Positions 34,316-34,433 of a stretch of DNA of 34,433 nt are shown piece by piece. Source of the DNA: Candidatus Aenigmatarchaeota archaeon (GTDB taxonomy: Archaea; Aenigmatarchaeota; Aenigmatarchaeia; QMZP01); assembly GCA_038999435.1 (NCBI GenBank), contig JAVZYR010000002.1:1-34433 (forward strand). The letters run 5' to 3'. The translations under genes were made by a program, and so were the position numbers. The first letter of the stretch is position 1; each line of letters begins with the position of its first letter. The notes beneath the pieces were generated by a model. The model was given only the letters and a program-made list of their open reading frames with translations, did no database searches and was not told the origin of the DNA.

Positions 34316-34433
34316 ATGAGAAGATATTTAAGTGAAATAATCAGCTCCAGTGAATTTTGTGTGATAGACACATCCGTTTTAACACATCCATTTGACAATA
34401 TCTGTAGAGAAATGTTCGATATCCGAAGTTATG
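34316..34433 (+). CDS. 5' fragment of an ORF running off the right edge, possibly PIN-domain-like
   Basis: MRRYLSEIISSSEFCVIDTSVLTHPFDNICREMFDIRSY is open to the window end. VIDTSVL resembles the first acidic motif of PIN domains. Very tentative. Confidence 0.25.
   Translation, partial: MRRYLSEIISSSEFCVIDTSVLTHPFDNICREMFDIRSY

Noticed and set aside
1-34433. CRISPR arrays, rRNA genes, transposases/IS elements and toxin-antitoxin or restriction-type defence genes
   Set aside because: No regularly spaced direct repeats, rRNA-like conserved blocks, or DDE/tyrosine/serine recombinase-like ORFs were seen. The only hint is a PIN-like VIDTSVL motif in the 39-codon fragment at the right edge.

Overview
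Densely packed, AT-rich archaeal chromosomal segment with about 41 protein genes and 1 tRNA. I saw no rRNA, CRISPR array, integrase or transposase. Archaeal identity rests on the Rpo7-Spt4-S24e-S27ae operon, aIF-1A, archaeal DnaG, a class I CCA-adding enzyme and Vps4/CdvC. Class III RNR and indolepyruvate:ferredoxin oxidoreductase point to an anaerobe. The lineage cannot be fixed by eye; compact Shine-Dalgarno-using genes would fit an uncultivated DPANN-like or euryarchaeal genome. Left to right: two divergent coiled-coil proteins and an orphan FlaI/VirB11-type ATPase with a small zinc-ribbon ORF; iorAB; an envelope glycosylation cluster (two GT-C enzymes, a processive GT2, a thioredoxin-fold protein, a GtrA/Dol-P-Man synthase fusion); metG; a metallophosphoesterase; nrdD; a low-GC block (LeuA/CimA-like synthase plus two FHA-like proteins); nrdG plus a DUF1858 CxxC protein; rpo7-spt4-rps24e-rps27ae; a methyltransferase-like gene; KH protein and aIF-1A; a pilin-like secreted protein; a candidate ESCRT-III-like protein; pyrB; vps4/cdvC; cca; CBS-Toprim-dnaG; a hypothetical protein; a tRNA. 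Most of this is ordinary housekeeping and I see no clear novel multi-gene defence-type system. The observations I rank highest are: (1) NrdD carries a complete NrdR-like zinc ribbon plus ATP-cone, and two NrdR-box-like palindromes sit just upstream of its start codon; (2) tRNA-Pro(CGG) is split in the T-loop by a 178-nt GC-rich, highly structured intervening sequence; (3) a low-GC insertion with an overlapping pair of FHA-like genes separates nrdD from nrdG; (4) Vps4/CdvC lies near a candidate ESCRT-III-like partner; (5) MetRS has TIGT in place of the HIGH motif. All protein calls come from motif recognition by eye on the supplied translations. No searches were run.
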